Position numbers and translations under genes: made by a program. This document shows, piece after piece, positions 9,319-19,144 of a stretch of DNA of 64,000 nt (positions within the stretch are counted from its first letter, which is position 1; every line of letters starts with the position of its first letter). The stretch covers positions 3,805,487-3,869,486 of the forward strand of contig OZ271918.1 in assembly GCA_965602015.1 (NCBI GenBank). Reading direction: 5' to 3'. This DNA is from Salinispira sp. (GTDB lineage Bacteria; Spirochaetota; Spirochaetia; DSM-27196; Salinispiraceae). Below the pieces are notes generated by a model. That model was not told where the DNA came from. It did no database searches and saw only the letters and a list, made by a program, of their open reading frames with translations.

Positions 9319-10275
9319 ATGAAAAAAATCCTAATTTTTGACACGGCGGTTGCTTCGAAGAATATGGGCGACCAAATCATAATGGATGCGGTAAATACTC
9401 AGTTACGGAGAATTTTCCCCAAAGATTTCTTCCTTAACGTTCCGACCCATGATTATATCGATAAGCATGGCTATCAGCTTGCCCGCGAGGCTTCATATAT
9501 TTTCGTCGGCGGGACCAATCTGCTGACTGCGAAAATGAATATATACAATCAATGGAGAATCGATCTTCGTGATTTTTTCAAACTTCGGAATGCAGTGCTC
9601 ATGGGCGTTGGCTGGTGGCAGTACCAAACAGAGGCGAATTTGTATACCCGTATCCTTATGAGAAAAGTACTCTCCAATCGCTTCATCCATTCTTTGCGTG
9701 ACGAATACACCGTGCAGCGCTTCACGAAGCGAATACTCCCGAAGGCTCTGAATACCGGTTGCCCGACGATGTGGGATCTAACCGAGGATCACTGTCGCTC
9801 GATTCCCACTGAAAAGGCCGAGAATGTCGTATTCACGATCACAGATTATAAGCCTAATCCCGAAAAGGATATGGAGCTCTATAATGCATTGAAGGCTAAT
9901 TACGGGAAGGTGTATCTCTGGATTCAGGGGTCGCAGGACTACGTGTACGCCAAGCGCTTTCTCCCCCTTGATGAAATCGAAATCATCGAACCTTCGCTGA
10001 AGGGGTATGACGAGCTTCTCGCCAGCGATATAAGCCTTGATTATGTCGGCACCCGGCTTCATGCGGGTATTAGAGCCATGCAGCACCGGCGCCGATCGAT
10101 CATAATCGGTGTGGACAACAGGGCCACCGAGAAGAAGAAGGATTTTAATTTGCCGGTGATCGACAGGGCCGATGTTGCCGCCCACCTCGGGCCGGAAATC
10201 AGGAAGAAATTCGAGACAAAAATAGTACTGCCCCTAGAAGCCATCGAAAAATGGAAAAGCCAATTCACGGCATAG
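9319..10275 (+). CDS. Polysaccharide pyruvyl transferase
   Basis: NMGDQII, SLRDEYT, GCPTMW, GTRLHAGI motifs. Confidence 0.85.
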   Translation: MKKILIFDTAVASKNMGDQIIMDAVNTQLRRIFPKDFFLNVPTHDYIDKHGYQLAREASYIFVGGTNLLTAKMNIYNQWRIDLRDFFKLRNAVLMGVGWWQYQTEANLYTRILMRKVLSNRFIHSLRDEYTVQRFTKRILPKALNTGCPTMWDLTEDHCRSIPTEKAENVVFTITDYKPNPEKDMELYNALKANYGKVYLWIQGSQDYVYAKRFLPLDEIEIIEPSLKGYDELLASDISLDYVGTRLHAGIRAMQHRRRSIIIGVDNRATEKKKDFNLPVIDRADVAAHLGPEIRKKFETKIVLPLEAIEKWKSQFTA

Positions 10276-10280
10276 CACCA

Positions 10281-11744
10281 ATGAAAATAGCGATTGTCAG
10301 CACATCGGATATAGCAGGGGGTGCGGCTCGGGCAGCATATCGCCTTAAATTAGGTCTGCAGCAGAGCGGGCATGACGCTTCGTTTTATACCAGGGTAAAG
10401 CGGAGCAGAGATCCCGATGTAATACCGATATTCGTCAAGAACCGAATGTATTATCGCGAACATCCGCTATTAGTGGAGCTTGAAAATGAGGTAATCAATG
10501 TAAACAGACCCGAGGGAATGACGAACTACTTCACCATTCCTTTTGAGGGCTACGATTTGACCCAAATCGAGGGGATCATGAATGCCGATGTTATCAATCT
10601 CCACTGGGTTGATAATTTTCTCAGTGCGGAAAGTATCGCCAAACTGCTGGCGGCCGGAAAGCGTATAGTATGGACGCTTCACGATCAATCGCCGTTTACC
10701 GGCGGTTGCCACTACTCTGCGGGTTGTAAGGGCTACGAAACCACCTGCAGCGCCTGTCCGCAACTCTCCTCGAAGGTGAACAGCATAACCGCTGAGGTTT
10801 TACAAGACATGGTCTCCGCTTTGGATGACAGTTCCTTGACGGTTGTGGCTCCGAGCACCTGGATGGCGGATTGCGCCAAGCGCTCATCAGTGTTCCGAAA
10901 TCAGGACGTCTGTGTAATCCCAAACAGCCTTGAGACCGACGTATTCGTTCCTTCACAGACCGAGAGAAGGGCAGTCGGCATTCTGTTCGGAGCCGAGAGC
11001 CTCAAAGCGACCAGGAAAGGATTCGCCCTACTTCTCGATGCGCTGAAGAGCATTTCCGTGCATAAAGAAATCCGCCGGATGGTCGATGAGCGTCAGATTG
11101 AACTGCTTACCTTCGGCAAGGCGGCCGATGAACTGGAAAGCTGCGGAATCCCTGTTAGATATCTCGGACATATAAAGGACGACCGTACACTTGCGAAGGT
11201 GTATTCCCAGGCGACGGTTTTTGTTCTGCCGTCAATGGAAGATAATCTGCCCAATACCATCCTCGAAAGCTTCGCCTGCGGGACTCCGGTGATCGCCTTC
11301 GACACCGGCGGTATCCCCGACCTTGTCAATGATGACGTCGGACGCCTGATTCCCGCCTTTGATACTGATAAACTGGGGGAGGCGATTCTTGAGATAGCAT
11401 TGAATACGGAGTTGGCTCGGAGACTGGGAAACCGGGCTCGGGAAGTCGTATTATCCGGATATAAGCTGTCAGACCAGGCAGCTGCGTATGAGAAGCTTTT
11501 TTCTGAATTAGCTGCAACCAAGGGAACAGCTATCGGGAGTCAGAATCTCCCCGGTTCTACAACGCCATCTGACGGAAAACTCTACATTAGCAATTATTTT
11601 GTTTCGATGTACCGGATTGCTTTGACCAGATATCGGGAGCTTATTTTGGATGAATCCCGACGTAGATCCCTGTTCCAAAAAATGAAGAGCATACCCGTTC
11701 TCCGATCGGCATATCAAATGCTTCAACTCCTCCTGCGAAGATAG
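10281..11744 (+). CDS. Glycosyltransferase family 4 (WcaC-like)
   Basis: GGAARAAYRL, VINLHW, WTLHD..FTGGCHY, EDNLPNTILESFACGTPV. Confidence 0.9.
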   Translation: MKIAIVSTSDIAGGAARAAYRLKLGLQQSGHDASFYTRVKRSRDPDVIPIFVKNRMYYREHPLLVELENEVINVNRPEGMTNYFTIPFEGYDLTQIEGIMNADVINLHWVDNFLSAESIAKLLAAGKRIVWTLHDQSPFTGGCHYSAGCKGYETTCSACPQLSSKVNSITAEVLQDMVSALDDSSLTVVAPSTWMADCAKRSSVFRNQDVCVIPNSLETDVFVPSQTERRAVGILFGAESLKATRKGFALLLDALKSISVHKEIRRMVDERQIELLTFGKAADELESCGIPVRYLGHIKDDRTLAKVYSQATVFVLPSMEDNLPNTILESFACGTPVIAFDTGGIPDLVNDDVGRLIPAFDTDKLGEAILEIALNTELARRLGNRAREVVLSGYKLSDQAAAYEKLFSELAATKGTAIGSQNLPGSTTPSDGKLYISNYFVSMYRIALTRYRELILDESRRRSLFQKMKSIPVLRSAYQMLQLLLRR

Positions 11745-11756
11745 GGAAATGAAATA

Positions 11757-12674
11757 GTGCTTTCAATTATTATTCCCCTTCATATGAGAAATGAACATCT
11801 TGATTCTTGTATTAACCAGTTAGCGCCTCTTGAGGAAGATCGTTTTCTTGTGTTTTTCGTTCTTGATGGTTCTCCACCCATATTTAAGGAACTCATCCAT
11901 TCTTCGGGCCTGCAAAACCGCAGAATCCTTACTGGCGATGGGGAGTTATACTGGGGCGGGGCGATGAACCTCGGCATGCGTGAAGCCTTTGCTGCAGGTT
12001 CATCAGCCGTGTTATGGCTGAATGACGACACTTCTTTCACGACCGATGATGTCCGGAAAATAGAGAAGTACCACCGCCTCTACCCCGACTTGATTCTCGG
12101 AGCCCAGCTCAAAGCTATTAATCTCGATGAAAGGGCTATCTATCATCGTGAATCCACTGCGCAGGAATGTACAGTCGAGTATCTGAACGGTAATTTTACC
12201 CTGGTCCCACGATCTGTCTATACGGCAATCGGGAACATAAATCCACGGAAATTCCCCCATTTTGCCGATGGTCCATATTTTGATTCTGCCCGTAGGATGG
12301 GTGCTCAGTTCTGTCTCGTGCCGGGACTGGAGGTTGGGATAACATACGACGTGCTCAGGCATCTTCCAATCCGGTGGCAATATTACTTAGGGACTGAAAG
12401 TCTGCTCGGGTTTCTGCGGAACCAGCTTCTAAGGAAAAATTCAAAGTGGTATCTGCCGTATCGGTTTCACTACTCGCGGAATCGGGGGGGCGGTTTGATA
12501 AAGGGTATCGTACGCTTCGTTTTTGCCGCAATAAGGGATTTTCATTTTTTGATTTTTCCGTTCGGACGAAATCGCTTCCGGCACAATCCTGAAGTATCGA
12601 TCCAGCGGCATCTGCCGGAATTGGATGAAATCGCCAAGAAGGAGCTACTCCTGGAAATAGGGAGGAAGAACTGA
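11757..12674 (+). CDS. Glycosyltransferase family 2
   Basis: LSIIIP, GDGELYWGGAMNLG, LWLNDD, NGNFTLVP. Confidence 0.85.
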   Translation: MLSIIIPLHMRNEHLDSCINQLAPLEEDRFLVFFVLDGSPPIFKELIHSSGLQNRRILTGDGELYWGGAMNLGMREAFAAGSSAVLWLNDDTSFTTDDVRKIEKYHRLYPDLILGAQLKAINLDERAIYHRESTAQECTVEYLNGNFTLVPRSVYTAIGNINPRKFPHFADGPYFDSARRMGAQFCLVPGLEVGITYDVLRHLPIRWQYYLGTESLLGFLRNQLLRKNSKWYLPYRFHYSRNRGGGLIKGIVRFVFAAIRDFHFLIFPFGRNRFRHNPEVSIQRHLPELDEIAKKELLLEIGRKN

Positions 12675-13795
12675 GTTTCTCAGATTATGCCTCGACAACG
12701 CTTCCACGCATAGTGTTTATCGCCCCGCTGCCTCCTCCTCATACCGGGCAGGCCATCGCCTGTCAGGAGGTCCTTGACGGCTTGTCGGAACGGTATGACT
12801 TCCTCACGGTCGATTTCAACAAGGGGAATTTTTCCCATGGTGCGAACTCCCTTAGGCGGGTTGCCGAGGTATTCGGAAACCTTCGCGATGCGGCCCGCTG
12901 CGTGAAGAATGCGGATGCGGTATATCTCACGCTTTCTCAATCGATCGCCGGAAATCTTAAGGATCTCGCCTTTTTGTTCCTCACACGCGGCCGGCCGCAA
13001 ATTGTTCATCTGCATGGCAGCGGCATAGGGCGCCTCGTATTCTCAAAGCCGCTCCTGAAGATGCTTAACCGAAGAGCCTACCGTCGGGTTAAAAAAATTA
13101 TCGTGCTGAGCGATTCCCTTGCCTCGAATTTCGAAGGAATCGCTCTCCGACGGAAAATAATTTCGGTGGCAAACGGGGTGCCGCGGGATTTGTTTATTGG
13201 CACATCGGGAATGGCTGAGAAGCATGAGAATTCAGATGTGGTGAACTTTCTGTTTATGAGCAACCTTATCCGGGGCAAGGGATATGAAGAATTGCGGAAT
13301 GCCGGTTTCATGCTGAACAGCAAGGGACTGGCCCAGAAATATTCGTTGACCTTCGTCGGGAACTTCGGCGATGAACAGCACGAGAGGGATTTCGTCGCGA
13401 GTATTTCAGACACGGCGAACATGGAATACCGGGGATTCGCCTGGGGCGAAGATAAACGCCGACTTCTAATGCAGAGCCATGTGTTCGCCCTCCCTAGTTC
13501 ATACCCATACGAGGGTCAGCCAATCTCCATCCTTGAAGCCTATGCCGCCGGCTGTGCGGTTATCACCTCACGGCAGGGAGGCATTCCGGATATTTTCAGT
13601 GACGGCGTAAATGGGTTCGAGGTCGAGCCGCGCTCCGTGGAGAGCATCGCTGAAGCAATGGAGAGAACAATTTCAGAGCCGGAGCTCCGCAGAAAAATCT
13701 CCCTTACTAATCGCGCGACAGCAGATCAACATTTTACTCTTGAGCGATATATAGACGGGATGAACCAGGCGTTTGCCGAGGTGGTCGGGCAATGA
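12671..13795 (+). CDS. Glycosyltransferase family 4 (probable CTG start at 12671; track start 12713)
   Basis: RIVFIAPLPPPHTGQ, KGYEEL, EGQPISILEAYAAG; GGAGG RBS at 12661-12665. Confidence 0.85.
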   Translation: MSFSDYASTTLPRIVFIAPLPPPHTGQAIACQEVLDGLSERYDFLTVDFNKGNFSHGANSLRRVAEVFGNLRDAARCVKNADAVYLTLSQSIAGNLKDLAFLFLTRGRPQIVHLHGSGIGRLVFSKPLLKMLNRRAYRRVKKIIVLSDSLASNFEGIALRRKIISVANGVPRDLFIGTSGMAEKHENSDVVNFLFMSNLIRGKGYEELRNAGFMLNSKGLAQKYSLTFVGNFGDEQHERDFVASISDTANMEYRGFAWGEDKRRLLMQSHVFALPSSYPYEGQPISILEAYAAGCAVITSRQGGIPDIFSDGVNGFEVEPRSVESIAEAMERTISEPELRRKISLTNRATADQHFTLERYIDGMNQAFAEVVGQ

Positions 13796-14997
13796 TAAGC
13801 AATAATTCAAAACGCCCTCGGCTTCTGGTCATCCAGCAGCTTTTTTACCCCGATATCTCCGCGGTTTCCCAGTTGCTGACTGAACTGCTCGGCGCGCTTA
13901 GCGGCCCTTATGATATTACCGTGCTGTGCACCACTGCTTACAACGACTTAGGCCAGGGGAAAGCCGCTCCCGATGAAGTCGGAGGTGTCAAAATCAAGCG
14001 GGTTAAGGTCTTCAAGCTCGGCAAGGCCAACCTTGCCCGGCGGGTCCTTGAGAACCTTCGTTTTTATCTTTCGACCTTGTTCCATGTGCTTTTTAGCGCC
14101 GACTACGATTTGATAGTTGCCATGACCAGCCCGCCGTTCATCGGCTACGCCGCCGCTTTGGGGAACCTTCCGCATAAAAAGCGGCCTCTTATCCATTACG
14201 TCGAGGATGTTTTCCCCGAACTGCTATTCGATATCGGCATGATTCGCGCGCCGTGGTACGTCAGACGGCTTGCCCATTTCAGTCGGTTTGCCTACCGTCA
14301 CAGTGAGGGGATAATCACCATCGGCTCCTACATGCGTAGAAAACTTGCTTGGAACTATGGTATTCCCGAATCGGAAATAAGGGTTGTTGAAAACTGGGTC
14401 AGCGACGTGGAGTATGCCGAACCTAAGGACTTCACCTCGGGGTTGAATCTGCTCTACTCGGGTAATGCGGGCATGGCGCATGATTTCTCCCTGCTAGATG
14501 AGCTTGTGTTATTTTTTGCCTCAAATGAGCGAATTCGGCTTACATTCGTGGGAGGCGGTCATCAATATGCTGAGCTTCGCGATCAATACAAAACGGTATT
14601 GGGAGATCGCGCTGATTTTTTCGGCTATGTAGACAAAGAGCGGCATGGCGAAGTCCTGTCATCAGGTCATGTAATGATAATCTCCCAGCGCGAGGATACC
14701 GTGGGCGACATACTCCCTTCAAAACTGTACAGCTACCTGGCTGCCGGGCGGCCGCTATTGTTCCTCGGGCCGGCAAACTCGGAGATCGGCGAGCTTATCA
14801 AAGCAGAGGGAGTCGGCGCAGTGCTTGAATCCCGTGATCAGCTTGAGCCGGCAATTGAGTGGCTCGATTCCCTGTTAAGCAATTATTCTGCTTACAAAGG
14901 ATTATGCCGAAGAATCCGCAAGCTCTTTGAAGACCGCTATACCCTGACGCGCGCTGTCATGCAGTTCGATCAGGTTGTTCGGGAGGTTCTGCCTTGA
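13792..14997 (+). CDS. Glycosyltransferase family 4 (WbuB-like)
   Basis: FYPD, TSPPF, DVFPE, YSGNAGMAH, PSKLYSYLAAGRP. Confidence 0.88.
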   Translation: MISNNSKRPRLLVIQQLFYPDISAVSQLLTELLGALSGPYDITVLCTTAYNDLGQGKAAPDEVGGVKIKRVKVFKLGKANLARRVLENLRFYLSTLFHVLFSADYDLIVAMTSPPFIGYAAALGNLPHKKRPLIHYVEDVFPELLFDIGMIRAPWYVRRLAHFSRFAYRHSEGIITIGSYMRRKLAWNYGIPESEIRVVENWVSDVEYAEPKDFTSGLNLLYSGNAGMAHDFSLLDELVLFFASNERIRLTFVGGGHQYAELRDQYKTVLGDRADFFGYVDKERHGEVLSSGHVMIISQREDTVGDILPSKLYSYLAAGRPLLFLGPANSEIGELIKAEGVGAVLESRDQLEPAIEWLDSLLSNYSAYKGLCRRIRKLFEDRYTLTRAVMQFDQVVREVLP

Positions 14998-15791
14998 AAA
15001 CCTTCAAGCCCAAGAATCCGAACTGGTATTGGCTTCTTCTCGGTGATTTGCTTGTATTTGCCGTTGCTATTCTGGTTTCATGGTTCATCAGAGCGAGACT
15101 CGGTGCAGTGATGTCCGAGCTTCTCTATGAGTTTACCAACCTTGTGAAAATTATGCCCCTGATAGTGTCTGTACGAATTCTGTCTAATGTCGTCTTCGAC
15201 ATGTATTCGGTCCGGCTGGGGCGGCTGCGTGTAAATGACATCAGCAGGATTTTTGTCATCTATATCGCTCCCACGGCGGTGTTTATCCTGCTCAGGATCT
15301 ATTCAACCAACTACTTTCTGCTTCTGCCATTCACCGTAATACTCATCGAGTATGCCCTCTCTGTATTTTGCAGCGTCCTGATACGGCTTATCTACATCAA
15401 CATCCAATATCGTCTTGTGCGGAAAAAATCGGCCCATTACCGTGAGTTGCTTGTCTATGGTGATATTAACGAGCTTGAGCCTTTGGACCTTTCCGGAAAA
15501 ATGCAGAGGGGATTGATTAATGTTAACGCAATCATAAGCCCCAATCCCCTCCAGTGGGAGGATCACTACCAGTCGATACCCATTGTCGGCGATATTGATT
15601 ATATCCACCGCGTGTTGAAATACAATAATCAAGTTTCCGGCGTGCTTATCGCCAATCCTGCAAACGTGACGAACAAGCGCTTGGAGCGGCTTATCGAGAT
15701 TTGTGAAAACCTGAATTTGGACTTAATCGGATATGGAGTTGATGATCTGAAGTATATACGGAACTTCATTCGGAATGTGTTTAAACCGTAA
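14994..15791 (+). CDS. Membrane protein resembling the N-terminal TM plus Rossmann-like part of CapD/PglF/WcaJ proteins, no catalytic domain
   Basis: Four TM helices (LLLGDLL...FDMYS), then ELLVYG and IPIVGDIDYI..LKYNNQVSGVLIANP; stops at 265 aa. Confidence 0.6.
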   Translation: MKTFKPKNPNWYWLLLGDLLVFAVAILVSWFIRARLGAVMSELLYEFTNLVKIMPLIVSVRILSNVVFDMYSVRLGRLRVNDISRIFVIYIAPTAVFILLRIYSTNYFLLLPFTVILIEYALSVFCSVLIRLIYINIQYRLVRKKSAHYRELLVYGDINELEPLDLSGKMQRGLINVNAIISPNPLQWEDHYQSIPIVGDIDYIHRVLKYNNQVSGVLIANPANVTNKRLERLIEICENLNLDLIGYGVDDLKYIRNFIRNVFKP

Positions 15792-15870
15792 ATTTTATCT
15801 GACTCTTCCTGCAGGATGTACCTGTTCCATCGAAGAGGCTTTTGCGGGAACGGCGTCAGGGCGCTGCCCA

Positions 15871-15896
15871 TCGGCAATACCCCGGGGCATTGCCGA
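15871..15896. other. Stem-loop after block 1
   Basis: TCGGCAAT...ATTGCCGA inverted repeat; no downstream U tract on the + strand. Confidence 0.4.
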
Positions 15897-15908
15897 GAAA
15901 AACGACTC

Positions 15909-16085
15909 ATGCAATTGAATTTACTTTTACGCTGCTATAAAGTGCCTATTGTTCAATAATTGAACAATAAACCCCTCCGAGTAGTGTGTTTCGGCCGCAT
16001 TCGGGTGATAAATCGTAGTATTTTATGAATGTCGACTTCGAATTGCAGGTGCGTCGCCGTACTGAGTTATGTAGAAGGAGTCGGA
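15909..16085 (+). repeat. Conserved leader, copy 2 (upstream of regulator/wzx operon)
   Basis: Near-identical to 2221-2396. Confidence 0.95.
15947..15969. promoter_or_regulatory. Perfect palindromic operator candidate, copy 2
   Basis: TATTGTTCAATAATTGAACAATA, identical to copy 1. Confidence 0.75.
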
Positions 16086-16139
16086 CCTCCGTGTGTTTAT
16101 CGCCCGTTGTCACCGCTTTCGATCAGCAAACTAGGGAAC

Positions 16140-16715
16140 ATGTCAGAATCAATCGTTTCAAATCCCGACACTGAATACCAGGCCCTCAAGGTCATTGAAG
16201 ACCTGCACGCAACCGGTTCCTCGGTGAAGCAAGCGCCTTCGCAGCGTGATTTCGCCAGGGCCCTCGATATGAGCGTGGGTATGACGAACACCATAATAAA
16301 GCGCCTGGTCAGCAAAGGCTGGCTCGTTATTAACCGAATCAACGGCCGCAACCTTTCATACGCTCTCACACCCGAAGGAACCCGGGAGGTTGCCCGGCGC
16401 AGCTATCGTTACCTCCGGCGCACCATCGGCAATGTGGTGCGCTGGAAGGAAGCCGTTGATCAGGTGGTCCTGGCGGCAAAGGAAGACGGATGCACACGGG
16501 TTCTGCTCATCGGCGACAGCGACCTTGATTTTATTGTTGAACATGCCACCCAACGCCACGGGCTTGTATTTGTACGGAGCGCAGGATTGTCGGTGACCGC
16601 GGGCGAAGGGTTTCGGAGCGGCACACTCGTCATCTTTAGCGAGCAGCAAGAATCGGATGCAGAAGCTTGCGGGATGTATAAAAGCATCCTTCATTTAAGA
16701 GATGTTATAGCGTGA
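16140..16715 (+). CDS. Winged-helix (MarR-like, EPS-associated) transcriptional regulator
   Basis: SQRDFARALDMSVGMTNTIIKRLVSKGW...YALTPEG; small C-terminal alpha/beta domain; ATG at 16140 after AGGGA. Confidence 0.88.
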   Translation: MSESIVSNPDTEYQALKVIEDLHATGSSVKQAPSQRDFARALDMSVGMTNTIIKRLVSKGWLVINRINGRNLSYALTPEGTREVARRSYRYLRRTIGNVVRWKEAVDQVVLAAKEDGCTRVLLIGDSDLDFIVEHATQRHGLVFVRSAGLSVTAGEGFRSGTLVIFSEQQESDAEACGMYKSILHLRDVIA

Positions 16716-16794
16716 TCCGCGTAAAGCATCTAGCTTGTAGTGAGGTATCAAAATAAATCTAAAGAAAATTCGAGCCCGTTTTTCTAGCTCCGAA

Positions 16795-18105
16795 ATGAAG
16801 AATATTCTGTCTAATTCTGTTTGGATGATTTTAGAAAAAATTGTTCAGATGATTTTTGGTGTTTTTGTCGGGATATGGGTCGCCCGCTATCTCGGGCCTG
16901 GAGACTTTGGCGTATTCAGTTACAGCATCGCCTTTGTTGGCTTTTTTCTTCCGTTCACTAGCCTGGGGCTTAATCATATTTTGACCAGGGATTTAGTGCT
17001 TGAAAGACAGAATGAGTTCGAAATTCTGGGAACAGCCTGGACGCTCAGGGCGGTGTCGGGATTTTTGGCAATTGCCTTGTCCTTATTGGTAGTCTATTTT
17101 CTTCGTGGAAATGAACGATCCGTAGTGCTGTTCGTGGGACTGTTATCCCTGGGACAGGCCTTCAAGGCTTTCCTTGTAATCGACTTTTGGTACCAGTCGA
17201 ATGTCCGCTCCAAATTTGTTGTCATCTCTCGGGTGATAGGGCTGGCAATATCAAATGCACTGAAAATCCTCGTGATTGTTACCGGTCAAAACCTTGAATT
17301 ATTCGTGGTTGTCATGTTCGTGGAATACAGTCTGCCACAGTTTCTATTGGCGATAACCTATCGTGCCCAAGGTCAAAAACTCAGAAACTGGGTTTTTAAT
17401 ACCTCGCGAGCAGTCAGCTATTTACGGCAGGGATGGCCTCTAATTCTTTCAGGATTCGCAGCTCAGCTCTATTTGCGGATTGACGTCGTGATGATCGGAG
17501 AAGTACTCACCGATACTGACGTAGGATTGTACTCCGCTGCGGCACGACTTTCCGAAATATGGTATGTGATTCCCGCTTCGGTGGTCTCGTCGATGTTTCC
17601 AAAAATTCTGCGGCTCCGGAAAGAGTCGAAGAATAGTTATGGGCGGAGGCTTCAGCAGATATATTCCCTCCTTGCATTTTCCGGTTATTCGATTGCCCTG
17701 GTGGTTTCCGTGACTGCACCCTTTCTCATCCAACTATTGTTTGGAGAGGATTATTCGAGATCTGTTCCAGTACTGCTGGTTCACATCTGGGCCGGCGTCT
17801 TTATTTTCATGCGAATACTTTTTAGCAAATGGATTATTTCCGAGGGGAAATTCTACCTTTCCATACTCACCCAGGGGGGCGGAGCGCTCCTTAATATCGT
17901 TCTGAACATCCTGCTTATTCCCAGGCTTGGCATCATCGGCGCGGCTTGGGCGACGCTGATCTCCTATGCGGGGGCGTCCTATGGCATTTTGTTTTTCAAT
18001 CGGGACACATGGGTAACTGCCCGAATGATGACCAGGGCGCTGTTTTTTCCCCTCACTATGTGGAATGACTTTAATTTGCGGAGGAACAATGAGTCGAATT
18101 CCTAA
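16795..18105 (+). CDS. wzx: Polysaccharide flippase
   Basis: ARYLGPGDFG, RIDVVMI, VGLYSAA, LNILLIPRLGIIGAAWATLISY; multi-TM. Confidence 0.92.
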   Translation: MKNILSNSVWMILEKIVQMIFGVFVGIWVARYLGPGDFGVFSYSIAFVGFFLPFTSLGLNHILTRDLVLERQNEFEILGTAWTLRAVSGFLAIALSLLVVYFLRGNERSVVLFVGLLSLGQAFKAFLVIDFWYQSNVRSKFVVISRVIGLAISNALKILVIVTGQNLELFVVVMFVEYSLPQFLLAITYRAQGQKLRNWVFNTSRAVSYLRQGWPLILSGFAAQLYLRIDVVMIGEVLTDTDVGLYSAAARLSEIWYVIPASVVSSMFPKILRLRKESKNSYGRRLQQIYSLLAFSGYSIALVVSVTAPFLIQLLFGEDYSRSVPVLLVHIWAGVFIFMRILFSKWIISEGKFYLSILTQGGGALLNIVLNILLIPRLGIIGAAWATLISYAGASYGILFFNRDTWVTARMMTRALFFPLTMWNDFNLRRNNESNS

Positions 18106-19144
18106 TGCAGTTGTTGCGGTTTTACGTACGGTAAGGAATTCTGTTGATTTTATCCTTACCAGAGTTGTGGTAAAGAGCGGGTTCCTTTCCAGCCTTTATT
18201 ATACATTTTTCTCAAGATCATTTTATAAAGAACACCGCGCCCTTATCGCCGGGAGGATACGCTACGCCCGGGAGGCTAAGGGGGACGGGAACTCATCAGT
18301 GCTGTTGCGGCGAAACGTTCATCGTATGGAAAAGGGGTTAATCATGCGGCCCCGACGACCGATCTTCGCGCGCAGTTATATCATTGAAACCGTGGCGGCA
18401 TTCGAAGATTTGATACAATACTGCGGTGAGGACTGTGATCAACGCGAAGAGCTGCAATGGGCTCACGATGTGTTGGCTGAGTACTTCTCCATCACCGATG
18501 TCACCGATGATGCGGTCAATGCCGCCCGAAAACAGTTCGAATCCTTGCCACCAATCCAAGATGGTCGTCAACTCAAGCCATATGTCCGGGATCTTGAAGG
18601 GCTCCCGCCTGTTGATTATGAAAGTATGCTCGAGCTTGCTAAGAGAAGACGCTCAGTGCGTTGGTATGATCAGCGGCCGGTTGCCCGTGAAACCATCGAT
18701 AAGGCAATGGTAGTGGCGGGATACTCACCTAGTGCATGTAATCGTCAACCATTCGAATTCAGGATCGTTGACGCCCCGGATAAAATTGCTGAAATATCAT
18801 CGATTCCCATGGGGACAAAAGGGTTTAATCACAATTTCCCGGGAGTAATTGCTGTCGTGGGGCGATTGAGTGCGTATTTTCATGATCGCGATAAACACGT
18901 CATATATATTGATGCTTCTCTTGCGGCCATGTCGTTTCTGTACGCGTTAGAGACCTTGGGGGTCGCAAGTTGTATTATAAATTGGCCAGATATTCCGAAG
19001 CTGGAGCGGAAAATGGAAAAGGCTTTGGAACTGAGGGCAGATGAACGTGTGGTAATGTTGATTTCTTATGGCCATCCCGACCCTACAGGAATGGTGCCTT
19101 ATTCACAAAAGAAAAACCTGAAGCAACTGCGGAGATACAACTGA
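18089..19144 (+). CDS. Nitroreductase-family flavoprotein with N-terminal extension
   Basis: RRSVRWY, SPSACNRQPF, ALETLGVASC; GGAGG RBS before ATG 18089. Confidence 0.85.
   Translation: MSRIPNAVVAVLRTVRNSVDFILTRVVVKSGFLSSLYYTFFSRSFYKEHRALIAGRIRYAREAKGDGNSSVLLRRNVHRMEKGLIMRPRRPIFARSYIIETVAAFEDLIQYCGEDCDQREELQWAHDVLAEYFSITDVTDDAVNAARKQFESLPPIQDGRQLKPYVRDLEGLPPVDYESMLELAKRRRSVRWYDQRPVARETIDKAMVVAGYSPSACNRQPFEFRIVDAPDKIAEISSIPMGTKGFNHNFPGVIAVVGRLSAYFHDRDKHVIYIDASLAAMSFLYALETLGVASCIINWPDIPKLERKMEKALELRADERVVMLISYGHPDPTGMVPYSQKKNLKQLRRYN

Noticed and set aside
12484..12490. G7 tract in GT2 as a phase-variation switch
   Set aside because: Short, in frame, and encodes ordinary Gly codons; no evidence of slippage.
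16029..16139. N-terminal extension of the regulator given in the ORF track
   Set aside because: Falls largely inside the non-coding repeated leader; ATG 16140 has an RBS.
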